Of a stretch of 64,000 nt of DNA, positions 40,050 to 51,409 are shown piece by piece. How positions within the stretch are numbered: position 1 is the first letter of the stretch; each line of letters opens with the position of its first letter. This DNA is from an uncultured Acidobacteriaceae bacterium (GTDB lineage: Bacteria > Acidobacteriota > Terriglobia > Terriglobales > Acidobacteriaceae), in assembly GCA_963791445.1 (NCBI GenBank), contig CAWBSN010000026.1, forward strand, positions 22,635 through 86,634, read 5' to 3'. Made by a program: the position numbers and the translations under genes. The notes under the pieces were generated by a model. The model searched no databases, was not told the origin of the DNA, and saw nothing but the letters and a program-made list of their open reading frames with translations.

Positions 40050-40450
40050 AGACTTCGTTCTGTACCTCGACGAGAATCTTCACAACTGCAAACCAATTTT
40101 GGAGGCACTCGTGCACAACGACATCCATCACGAGCGCCACGGAGCGCACTTTTCTGCGGGAACCGAAGACTCGGTATGGCTGCCTTTTGTCGGAGAAAAA
40201 GGGTGGATACTCCTCACGAAAGACAAACGCATTCGCTTCAATGACCTGGAGAAGCGGGCCGTGATTGCCGCACCGGGTGCGGGAGTTCTATTTTACTTCG
40301 GGAAACTTCAACGGCGCGGAGATGGCAGCACTGTTAGCCGTAGCTTTGCCTGAAATGTTTCGGCTGTGCAGGAAGCACCGTCCCCCGTTTATTGCCAGCA
40401 TCACGAAGGCGGGCAACGTTCACATTCGGCTGCAAGCGGAAAACGATTGA
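39979..40450 (+). CDS. DUF5615/Mut7-C PIN-like putative toxin, frame break near 40268-40270; start uncertain
   Basis: …FVLYLDENLHNCKPILEAL…WILLTKDKRIRFN…RAVIA, then HRVREFYFTSGNFNGAEMAALLAVALPEMFRLCRKHRPPFIASITKAGNVHIRL in the next frame. It overlaps the end of the DUF433 gene. Confidence 0.55.
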
Positions 40451-40468
40451 CTTCCTCACAAAGAATTC

Positions 40469-43152
<2,684 letters not shown>

Positions 43153-43511
43153 TTACGTCTTGAAAATCAGCCTGAAAACCCGCCCCAACCCAGCCTCTGG
43201 ACTGCGCCCACGAATCGACTTCAAGTGATTGAAATATCTTATACTTAGGTTCGTTTGGCGACTGTGAAAATTATACCACGAAACGCCCGTTTTTTCGACC
43301 CGTCCAAGCCCCAGAATCGGCCCAGTAAACGTCCCATTTTGAGCCTGTTCCAAGCCCGCTCTAGCCGCTTCACGGACGCTGACCAGACAACGATCACAAG
43401 ACGGAAAAACTCGCGCCGGAGAAGTTTCGTTTTCCGGCACCTCGAACCAGTTCTGCGCCATCTAACCACCCGACCCTGATAAGATAGACGCACCGGAGTT
43501 CTCAACCAAGA

Positions 43512-44638
43512 ATGCCAGTTCCCGTTTCACAGATGTGGACCGTTTCGTCCTACGTCCTGCGCCAGAAACTAGCCGGCCGCAAGCAGTACCCGCTCGTGCT
43601 CATGCTCGAGCCCCGTTCCGCTGCAATCTGGCCTGCGCCGGATGCGGCAAGATCCAGTACCCCGCCCACATCCTGAAAAAAGATCTCTCTCCCGAGGAAT
43701 GTTTCCGCGCCGTCGACGAATGCGGAGCCCCCATGGTCTCCATCCCCGGCGGCGAACCGCTCATGCATCCCCAGATCGCCGACATTGTCGGAGGCCTGGT
43801 CGCGCGCAAGAAATATATCTATCTCTGCACCAATGCCCTGCTGCTGAAAGAAAAGCTGAATCTCTTCAAGCCGAGCAAGTACCTGACTTTCAGCGTGCAC
43901 CTCGACGGCCAGCGCGAAGAGCACGACCTGGCGGTCTGCCGCGAAGGCGGCTACGACATCGCCGTGGACGCGATCAAAGAAGCGCTTGCTCGCGGCTTCC
44001 GCGTCACCACCAACACCACTCTCTTTGACGGCGCCGATCCGAAATCCGTACGCGCCTTCTTCGACGACATGATGGAGCTCGGGCTAGAGGGCATGATGCT
44101 CTCGCCCGGCTACTCCTACGACAAAGCGCCGGACCAAAAGCATTTTCTCGGCCGCGCCCGCACCCGCCGCATGTTCCGCGCGATCCTGTCGAACCGCAAA
44201 AAGAACTGGCGCTTCAATCTCTCGCCGCTCTTTTTAGAGTTTCTGATGGGCAAGCGCACCTACCCCTGCACCCCATGGGGTATGCCTACGTATAACGTTT
44301 TCGGATGGCAGAAGCCCTGCTACTTGCTTCAGGATGGCTACGCCGAAACTTTCGCGGAGCTGCTCGCGACCACGAACTGGAGCAACTACGGCACTGAATC
44401 CGGCAATCCGGCCTGCGCCAACTGCATGGTCCACAGCGGCTATGAAGCCTCGGCGGTAAACGCCACCTTCAGTTCGCTCGAAGGGTTCCTGGCCACGGTA
44501 AAAGCCACACTGTTCGACGGCTATCGCGACGAAGAAGCGCTGCGCTTGCTGGACGAACCGCAAGCCCCGGTGCATCCGCTGGTCCAGATCTCTCCGACCG
44601 ACGACTCGTCTCATGTATGGCAGGGGACTCAGGCGTAG
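43512..44638 (+). CDS. hpnH: Adenosyl-hopene transferase HpnH (radical SAM), frame break in the C-run 43611-43614
   Basis: [34 protein letters not shown] (frame of ATG 43512), then [16 protein letters not shown]…GGEPL… in the 43535 frame. The overall sequence is HpnH-like. Confidence 0.8.
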
Positions 44639-44939
44639 GGTAGTCGGACGTGTGACACTCTTCGCGAAGGTCGAGAGCGTCTTCCAGATACCTGGCCGAG
44701 GGACTGCAGTTGTACCGGCCTTGCTGTCGAATTTGTGCGTGCGTGCGGGGTCGCTTATTCAACTTCGCACTCCCGGTGGGCAGGTTAGGGAAACTCACGT
44801 CGCCTCCGTGGAATTGATTTCTGGGTTGGAGAAGAGCCGACTGGCCTTCATGCTGCCTCGTGACGTTGCGAAACAGGATGTTCCTGAAGGAACAGAGATC
44901 TGGCTCAAGGAAACTCAAGAGCCAAGCGAGACGTTATGA
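44613..44939 (+). CDS. Small protein resembling EF-Tu domain 2 (beta-barrel); the real start may be GTG 44652
   Basis: …[21 protein letters not shown]… compares with the EF-Tu domain II motif (I/V)EDVFxIxGRGTVVTG. Its stop overlaps the next ATG (ATGA at 44936). Confidence 0.4.
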   Translation: MYGRGLRRRVVGRVTLFAKVESVFQIPGRGTAVVPALLSNLCVRAGSLIQLRTPGGQVRETHVASVELISGLEKSRLAFMLPRDVAKQDVPEGTEIWLKETQEPSETL

Positions 44940-45391
44940 CAGGCAAAGAATCCGGCCACATCGATCACGAAGCCGCCCAAGCCGTGCCCCACGCCAATCC
45001 CGAGACTCTCGAAGTCGCCCCCGGCACTGCCCACGAAAAGCTCGAAGGCTGGATCCCGCAACTAGCCACCGAGGAAGAAATCCGCGTCGCTCTTGAAAAA
45101 GCCTTCGACTACCGCGGCGACGTAACCATCACCCGCAAGAATGGATCAAAGATCGAAGGCTACCTCTTCGACCGCCGCACCGCCGCTACGTTGAAGGATT
45201 CGGTAGTCCGCCTGTTCCCAAAAGACGCCAACGAAAAAATCTCCATCTCCTACGCCGAAATCGCCGCCCTGGCCTTCACCGGACGCGACACCGCCGCCGG
45301 AAAAAGCTGGGAAGCCTGGATGAAAAAATACGCCCAGAAAAAAGCTGCCGGCGAAACCAACATAGCCCTCGAACCCGAACCCTTAGACTAA
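44936..45391 (+). CDS. Hypothetical protein, translationally coupled to the preceding ORF
   Basis: 151 aa with coding-like composition. No family recognised. Confidence 0.55.
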   Translation: MTGKESGHIDHEAAQAVPHANPETLEVAPGTAHEKLEGWIPQLATEEEIRVALEKAFDYRGDVTITRKNGSKIEGYLFDRRTAATLKDSVVRLFPKDANEKISISYAEIAALAFTGRDTAAGKSWEAWMKKYAQKKAAGETNIALEPEPLD

Positions 45392-45403
45392 TCTCGATCC
45401 CTT

Positions 45404-45461
45404 GTCATCCTGAGCGAAGCATGAGCGCCTGAAAGGCGGTCATGCGTAGTCGAAGGACCCC
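45404..45461 (+). repeat. GTCATCC-type hairpin repeat
   Basis: GTCATCCTGAGCGAAG-CATGAGCGCC-TGAAA-GGCGGTCATG-CGTAGTCGAAGGACCCC, 13 nt after the stop at 45391. Confidence 0.8.
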
Positions 45462-45509
45462 TTGCATCTCGAGATCACCGCCAAGCTTTCGGGGAATTTC
45501 CGCCACGAT

Positions 45510-46256
45510 CTACTTCGCAGTCTTCGCCCCCGCCCCAAAACTTAGCCCCCCGACCAACTCCTCCACCTCATCCTCCGTCCCGCCAATAAACGTAAACGAA
45601 ACCGCATACCCCCGCGCCAGGACCACCAGCGTCGATTGCCGCATCACCCGCGACCCAACATCCTTCTGAAAATCTCCCCGGACCACCTTCTTAGTCCCAA
45701 TCACAAACTCATAAGGATCCTCGACCACCTCGAAACCCCGAGCCTGCGCCACTTCGGTCACCGGACCAAAATACTGCGCCGCATCCTTCAGTCCCGGATA
45801 AGCCGCCGCACTCTCCGCCGCAATCAGTATCGACGAATTAACATCTTCCGCCCGAGCCTCGGGAGGCCGCGAGAACGCCGCCAGCAGCACGTGCCCGCAA
45901 CCACCGGTGTGGGTACAGCCGCCCTCGCTTGGCCGATCGAGCGCAGCTCGATCTTCTTTTGCCGGCGCCACATCATCCCGCGCACTCATCTCCTCAGTCC
46001 GCAAGACCCACTGCGCCGGAATCTTGCATGTGAATCCAAACCCGGGATTGCGATAGACGCTGTTGCTTACCGTCCCTGAATCCAGCGGATTGGCCGCGCC
46101 TGATGCAGACTTTCCCGCTGGCTTCGACGATGAGGTAGAGGACGAGGAGGGCGACGAGGAAGGTTGCGCAGTCGCCTGCGCCCGAAGCACTGGCGCCGCC
46201 TGCGCGATTACGACCCAACAACAAAGACAACTACATAAAATCCGGCGGAAACTCAT
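45510..46256 (-). CDS. Secreted hypothetical protein with a Ser-rich linker
   Basis: Signal peptide, then a PSSSPSSSSTSSSKPAGKS linker. No family recognised. Confidence 0.55.
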   Translation of the reverse strand: MSFRRILCSCLCCWVVIAQAAPVLRAQATAQPSSSPSSSSTSSSKPAGKSASGAANPLDSGTVSNSVYRNPGFGFTCKIPAQWVLRTEEMSARDDVAPAKEDRAALDRPSEGGCTHTGGCGHVLLAAFSRPPEARAEDVNSSILIAAESAAAYPGLKDAAQYFGPVTEVAQARGFEVVEDPYEFVIGTKKVVRGDFQKDVGSRVMRQSTLVVLARGYAVSFTFIGGTEDEVEELVGGLSFGAGAKTAK

Positions 46257-46303
46257 ACCGCCATGTTATCCGACATGCCGCCCGAATGGCGCAGCCCGGC
46301 TGC

Positions 46304-46732
46304 CTAAGCCGCCCGCCCCAGCACCGGCTGCGTGCAGTGCGAGCACCGCCGCGCCTCAATCGGAATCTCGCTCAAACACTCCGGACACTTCTTGGTCGTC
46401 GGATCAGGCGGCTTCTCTCCCCGGTTCATGCGCGCCACCAGCGCGTTCACCGGCGTCACCACAAAGAAATAGATCGCCGATGCAATCAGAAAGAACGACA
46501 CGCACGCATTGATAAACTCGCCGACCGGAAAGTGCGTGCTCCCAATCGTAAATCCCAGATAAGAAAAATCCGGCTTGCCCACGATGGCCGCAATCAACGG
46601 CGTCAGCAGATCCTTGGTCAACGCCGTGACCACCCCGCCAAACGCCGCGCCAATCACAACGCCCACCGCCATGTCGACAACATTGCCCCGCAGGATGAAC
46701 TTCTTAAATCCGTCAAGCATAGATACCTCCAA
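46304..46732 (-). CDS. mscL: Large-conductance mechanosensitive channel MscL with a C-terminal CxxC…CxxC tail
   Basis: MLDGFKKFILRGNVVDMAVGVVIGAAFG… The tail is …KKCPECLSEIPIEARRCSHCTQPV. Confidence 0.9.
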   Translation of the reverse strand: MEVSMLDGFKKFILRGNVVDMAVGVVIGAAFGGVVTALTKDLLTPLIAAIVGKPDFSYLGFTIGSTHFPVGEFINACVSFFLIASAIYFFVVTPVNALVARMNRGEKPPDPTTKKCPECLSEIPIEARRCSHCTQPVLGRAA

Positions 46733-46831
46733 AACAGATCGGTCGCAAATGTATGACAGGAAGGCTCACAGGTCAAGGCCAGGCAGGACCGTTGGACTAC
46801 CGGGGGAAATACAATTTCGAAAGGGACTCGC

Positions 46832-47947
46832 TCAGATCCGCATCGGCATAACGATATACCGGTACTTATAATCATCGCCCTCAGCTGGACGCAACTGCCC
46901 CGCGGACTGCGAATCCTTCAACTCCAGCCGCACGTCATCAGTCCCAGCAGCTTTCAAAAAATCCACGAGGTAAACTGCATTGAAACCAATGGTGAGCGTC
47001 TCCCCATCATAAGGAGCCTCAATCGAATCCTCCGACTCGCCCGCTTCCGTCGACGACGCCGAAATCTTCACTTCACCCTTTTCCAGCTTCAGCCGCACCG
47101 CACGCGAGCGCTCGTCGGCAAACTGTGCCACGCGCAGAATTGCCGAGTTCAAATCGGAATTGTTCAGCGTGATGCTCTTGTTGTTGTCCTTGGGCAGAAC
47201 CGCCTCAAAGTTCGGAAACTGTCCCGTAAGCTGCCGCGAGGTCAGCAGCCGCGATCCAATCCGGAAAAATAAAGTCGACTCATCCTTGGCAAACTCCACA
47301 GTCTCCGCGTCAGTCGAATCCAGCAGTGACTTCAATTCGTCCATACATTTCTTCGGCACCAGAGTCTTCATCTCGCCGGAGACACCTTCAAACTTCTCGC
47401 CGCTGCGTTCGCAGTGCGCCAGCCGATGGCCATCGGTCGCGACCATTGTGATCGACTCCGGCTTCAGCAGCATCAGCGCGCCATTCAGCGTGTAGCGTGA
47501 CTCTTCGCTCGATATCGCAAACCCGGTGCGCGCAATCAATCCGCGCAAAACCTGCCCAGGAATCTTCACCACACCCGCGGTGGGAAACACCGGCAAGCTG
47601 GGGAAATTCGACTTCGCCATCCCCACCATCTTTGTGTTGGATCTGCCGCAGCGAATACTGACCCAGTGATTTTCGAGGAGTTTAATCGTGATATCAGCGT
47701 CCGGCAAGAGCTTCACGTAGTCATGCAGCTTGCGTGCCGGAATTGTGCACGATCCTTCCTTCTTCACCTTCGCATTGCACGAAGTTCGCAGGCTAAGGTC
47801 CAAGTCAGTGGCAGTCAGCGACAGCTTTCCAGCCGCTGCCTCAAATAAATAATTGGAAAGAATGGGGATGGTGGTCTTGCGCTCGACTACGCCCTGCGTT
47901 GCCGTCAACTCGCGCAGCAATTCAACCTTGCTGACCGTGATCTCCAT
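46832..47947 (-). CDS. dnaN: DNA polymerase III beta sliding clamp
   Basis: MEITVSKVELLRELTATQGVVERKTTIPILSNYLFEA… The ATG at 47947 is preferred over the upstream 47992. Confidence 0.95.
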   Translation of the reverse strand: MEITVSKVELLRELTATQGVVERKTTIPILSNYLFEAAAGKLSLTATDLDLSLRTSCNAKVKKEGSCTIPARKLHDYVKLLPDADITIKLLENHWVSIRCGRSNTKMVGMAKSNFPSLPVFPTAGVVKIPGQVLRGLIARTGFAISSEESRYTLNGALMLLKPESITMVATDGHRLAHCERSGEKFEGVSGEMKTLVPKKCMDELKSLLDSTDAETVEFAKDESTLFFRIGSRLLTSRQLTGQFPNFEAVLPKDNNKSITLNNSDLNSAILRVAQFADERSRAVRLKLEKGEVKISASSTEAGESEDSIEAPYDGETLTIGFNAVYLVDFLKAAGTDDVRLELKDSQSAGQLRPAEGDDYKYRYIVMPMRI

Positions 47948-48296
47948 CGTACCCACCGCCGCCCCTACTGCTTCCACCGCTTCCACCGGCATATACTTTA
48001 TCTCCCCTGCCGCGTGCTACTTTTATTACTTCCCTTATATCAAATACAAAACCTATAAAACCAGCAGTAACAGTAGGCGCTTCGCAGAAGTGGAAAACTT
48101 TGAGAACTGACCTATTGTCACCACCTTGGGGAGCATCCCTTCGTGTGAGAAATCGGTCCCGAACCAGGCGGAGACCCTACAACAAGATTCCCACTTTTCT
48201 CATTACTCCCGACCCTTGCACAGCTTCCACATCTCATTCACAGCTCGGAAAAAGGAAACTGATCGATTCAGTGCAAAACTACAAAGAACTGCCGCT
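47948..48296. other. dnaA-dnaN intergenic region: candidate oriC part (AT-rich tract plus DnaA-box-like 9-mers)
   Basis: AT-rich tract at 48018-48060. TTTTCCACT (minus strand, 48089-48097), ATTCCCACT (48187-48195) and CTTCCACA (48224-48231) are 1-2 mismatches from TTATCCACA. Confidence 0.4.
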
Positions 48297-49679
48297 TTAT
48301 CCGCCCAATTGCTCGGTCAGCTTATTGAGCAACCTGTTTAAATCCTTGTCGTTCTTGCGAGCCTCTTCAATTTTCTCGACAGAGTGCAGCACGGTCGTGT
48401 GATGTTTCCCGCCAAACTGCCGCCCAATTTCCGGCAGCGAAGCCTCCGTCATATGTTTCGCCAGATACATGGCAATCTGCCGCGGATAAACAATCGCCCG
48501 CGAATTGTCTTTCGCTTTGATCTCGACCAGCCGCAGCCCAAACTGCTCGGCCACCATCTTCTGGATCGACTCAATCGTGACCTTACGCGCCTGCGAATCA
48601 ATGAAGTTCTTCAGCACCTGCTGCGCGTAAGGCAGAGTGATCTCCGCCCCAATCAGCGACGAATGCGCCACCAGCCGGATCAGCGCGCCTTCCAACTCGC
48701 GCACATTCGACCGGATATTCTGCGCAACGTACAGCGCCACATCCGTCGGCAGCGTCACTTTCTCCTGCTCCGCCTTCTTTTGCAGGATTGCTACCTTCGT
48801 TTCCAGATCCGGAGGCTGAATGTCGGCGATCAGTCCCCACTCAAAACGGCTGCGCAGCCGGTCCTCAATCTCCGCCAATTCCTTCGGCGATCGATCGCTC
48901 GCGATAACGATCTGCTTCATCGTGTCGTGCAGCGCGTTGAAGGTGTGGAAAAATTCTTCCTGCGTCCGCTCTTTGCCCGTCAGGAATTGAATGTCATCGA
49001 TCAGCAGCACGTCCACGCTGCGGAACTTGTCGCGGAACGACGTCATCTTGTCGTAGCGCAGCGAGTTGATCATGTCGTTGGTGAACTTCTCGCTCGAGAC
49101 GTAGCAGATCGCCGCCTGCGGCTGCCGCCGCTTCACTTCGTGTCCAATGGCCTGCATCAGATGCGTCTTGCCCATACCGACGCCGCCATACAGGAACAGT
49201 GGGTTGTAGGCTTTTGAAGGACGTTCCGCGACCGCCTGGCACGCGGCATGCGCGAATTGATTTCCGCTTCCGATCACGAATGCGTCAAACGTGTAGCGCG
49301 GGTTCAGTTGCGCCGCGCCATCCCAGTCGAACCGCGCCTGCGCCGGGGCCCCGCCGACCGGAACCGGACCCGCCGACAGTCCGCCATTGTGTCGCACCGT
49401 CGTCGCCGCCGGATCGTCCTCCGGCGTCACGAACTTCACGTCGTTGAACTCCAGCCCCAGGTTGTCGATCGCTTCCTGGATCAGGTCCGCGTATTTGTCG
49501 CCGGCGTGCCGGAACTCCGCCGTCGGCACCCGCACAAACAAAACCCCGCCGCTGGAGTGGCTGTAGCGCGTAGGTTTCAACCACGTGTCATAGGAGTGCC
49601 GGTTGATCTTCTTTTCCAGCGCATCCAGAATGCGCGTCCACGGATTGGGGGAAAGCGGTGGTGTGCTCTGAGCTGACAT
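48297..49679 (-). CDS. dnaA: Chromosomal replication initiator DnaA
   Basis: AAA+ core (LFLYGGVGMGKTHL, LLIDDIQFL) and C-terminal DNA-binding domain (…GGKHHTTVLHSVEKI…). Confidence 0.97.
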   Translation of the reverse strand: MSAQSTPPLSPNPWTRILDALEKKINRHSYDTWLKPTRYSHSSGGVLFVRVPTAEFRHAGDKYADLIQEAIDNLGLEFNDVKFVTPEDDPAATTVRHNGGLSAGPVPVGGAPAQARFDWDGAAQLNPRYTFDAFVIGSGNQFAHAACQAVAERPSKAYNPLFLYGGVGMGKTHLMQAIGHEVKRRQPQAAICYVSSEKFTNDMINSLRYDKMTSFRDKFRSVDVLLIDDIQFLTGKERTQEEFFHTFNALHDTMKQIVIASDRSPKELAEIEDRLRSRFEWGLIADIQPPDLETKVAILQKKAEQEKVTLPTDVALYVAQNIRSNVRELEGALIRLVAHSSLIGAEITLPYAQQVLKNFIDSQARKVTIESIQKMVAEQFGLRLVEIKAKDNSRAIVYPRQIAMYLAKHMTEASLPEIGRQFGGKHHTTVLHSVEKIEEARKNDKDLNRLLNKLTEQLGG

Positions 49680-50192
49680 AATTTATGAAATACCCGCCGC
49701 GGCGTCCCGGCGGCTGGCTGAGGGCGCCTGTCTAAAACTGCTGTTTACCTGCTCGCCGATGGAACTCTTAGTGTACTGCGGAATGCGCCACTTGTGTCGT
49801 GCGCGGTTGCCATTTGTGAAAGAGAATTTCAAACCCGACAGTGCGGCATAGTAGCACAAAAATTTTTTGTCGTGACGGAAATCTTCGCGCACAAATTCTT
49901 CTCGAACACGATTCGGAACCCCAAGCCCCGCGCCTGTCAAGTGTCAAGGATGTAACTGCAACGGTCACGGTGCAAACGCGCCAGACTTTTTCTTTCCACG
50001 GTGGAACTAACCAAAAGACTCTTCTTCTACTCTTCTACAGCAATCGCACACTACCAACCAGCAACCGAAACCGGAGACCTAAGACCCAGGATCTGAAGCC
50101 TGAAGTCTCGCCCTTTGCCCTCATCCCTCCCAGTCATTTATACTTCTTGTTTGCCATAACACTGTCGACGGAATCAGGAGCAGCTATCTTTC
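49680..50192. other. rpmH-dnaA intergenic region: dnaA promoter and second candidate oriC part
   Basis: Convergent box pair TTTCCACG/GTGGAA (49993-50006), A5T6 tract (49856-49870) and tandem TGTCAAG x2 (49935-49948). Confidence 0.4.
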
Positions 50193-50348
50193 ATGCCCAA
50201 GCGTACATTCCAACCCAACCGGCGCAAGCGAAGCAAGAAGCATGGTTTTCGCACGCGCATGAAGACCCAGGGCGGCAAAAAGGTGATTTCCCGCCGCCGC
50301 GCCAAGGGACGGAAGCGGGTCTCCGTAAAACCCGGCTTCCGCGAGTAG
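50193..50348 (+). CDS. rpmH: 50S ribosomal protein L34
   Basis: [51 protein letters not shown]. Below the ORF-track size cutoff; preceded by AGGAG. Confidence 0.95.
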   Translation: MPKRTFQPNRRKRSKKHGFRTRMKTQGGKKVISRRRAKGRKRVSVKPGFRE

Positions 50349-50452
50349 CTTTTCTGGTGCCGCTCACTTCCACAGTCGAGACCCTCAGCCGCCCGCTGCA
50401 TCACGCGGGCATGCTGGCTAGCGCCACGCTGAGAACTCGGCCGGACTTCGCC

Positions 50453-50854
50453 ATGCAGCCAAAGCCAACAGCCCGATTTCCCCGCAGCGCGCGCCTTCTG
50501 CGCCATGCGGATTTCGAGCGCGTCTACAAACAAGGACGCCGCCACTTTTCCGCGTCCATCACCGTTTTTTATTGGCCTCGCCCAGAAGCAGAAACGCCGG
50601 TCGCAGGCTTGCGCGTGGGATTCACGGTAGGCCGCGCCCTCGGCGGTGCCGTCCAGCGCAACCGCATGAAGCGCCGTTTGCGTGAAGCAGTTCGCATGAC
50701 GCGTCTAGTCACAGGGATTGCGGCCGACGTTGTCATTAATCCGAAAAAGTCATTGCTGACTACCGACTTCGCCGCTCTGCAAAACGAAGTGAGCCGAGCC
50801 TTCGCCGTAATCGAGCAAAAGCTCTCAGGGAATCAGCAGCCGCGAGAGAAATGA
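50453..50854 (+). CDS. rnpA: Ribonuclease P protein component
   Basis: …RLLRHADFERVYKQGRR…VGFTVGRALGGAVQRNRMKRRLREA… An alternative ATG is at 50411. Confidence 0.85.
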   Translation: MQPKPTARFPRSARLLRHADFERVYKQGRRHFSASITVFYWPRPEAETPVAGLRVGFTVGRALGGAVQRNRMKRRLREAVRMTRLVTGIAADVVINPKKSLLTTDFAALQNEVSRAFAVIEQKLSGNQQPREK

Positions 50855-50892
50855 ATTTCTGGTGAAGAACAAGAAGCGAATCGTCGCATTCA

Positions 50893-50978
50893 AGCCCCGA
50901 AGGGGCGGCATGTGAAAGCCCGGCGCGGAAGCGCCGGGTAAAGTGGAGAGATTGGAACAAGTCCCGTAGGGACGACAC
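50893..50978 (+). repeat. Three-hairpin element, copy 1 (between rnpA and yidD)
   Basis: GCCCC-GAA-GGGGC, GCCCGGCGC-GGAA-GCGCCGGGT and GTCCC-GTA-GGGAC, with conserved linkers. Confidence 0.75.
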
Positions 50979-51020
50979 TGTGTTTTCGCCCGCTCCCATA
51001 CGGCGCTATGGATTTCAAAC

Positions 51021-51269
51021 GTGAGCAACATCGCCAAATTCGTCACGCTGCAACTGCTGCGGGCCTACAAGTGGGCCATCTCGCCCATGCTGCCCCCGGC
51101 CTGCCGCTACGTGCCGACCTGCTCCGAATATGCCATGGAGGCCATCGAACGCTACGGCGCCTTGCGTGGCGGATGGATGGCCTTCAACCGCGTCCTCCGC
51201 TGCCATCCCCTAGCCCGCTCCGGCTACGATCCGGTGGTAAAGCAAGCAACCGGCTGCGGAAAACTGTGA
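51021..51269 (+). CDS. yidD: Membrane protein insertion efficiency factor YidD
   Basis: …[31 protein letters not shown]…. Confidence 0.9.
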   Translation: MSNIAKFVTLQLLRAYKWAISPMLPPACRYVPTCSEYAMEAIERYGALRGGWMAFNRVLRCHPLARSGYDPVVKQATGCGKL

Positions 51270-51289
51270 TCCAGAATGCTGCACCGCAC

Positions 51290-51378
51290 AGCCCCTTCAA
51301 GGGGCGGCATTCATTAGCCCCGGACGTAAGTCCGGGGTGCAAGAGGAAAGTGGGAACGAGTCCCGTAAGGGACGGCAC
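51290..51378 (+). repeat. Three-hairpin element, copy 2 (between yidD and yidC)
   Basis: GCCCC-TTCAA-GGGGC, GCCCCGGAC-GTAA-GTCCGGGGT and GTCCC-GTAA-GGGAC. The second stem differs from copy 1 by compensating changes. Confidence 0.75.
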
Positions 51379-51409
51379 CCGCTCTGACGCGATTAATTAA
51401 AGGAAGACT

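Noticed and set aside
43153-43461. A 102-aa minus-strand ORF in the gyrB-hpnH divergent spacer (possible DciA/DUF721-like gene).
   Set aside because: It has no recognisable motif or RBS, and its composition drifts towards non-coding. It is more likely promoter/5'-UTR sequence for gyrB and hpnH.
49841-50854. A 337-aa ORF spanning the dnaA-rpmH spacer, rpmH and rnpA.
   Set aside because: Only the last ~134 residues look like a protein (RnpA). The upstream part crosses the origin-proximal spacer and overlaps rpmH in another frame.
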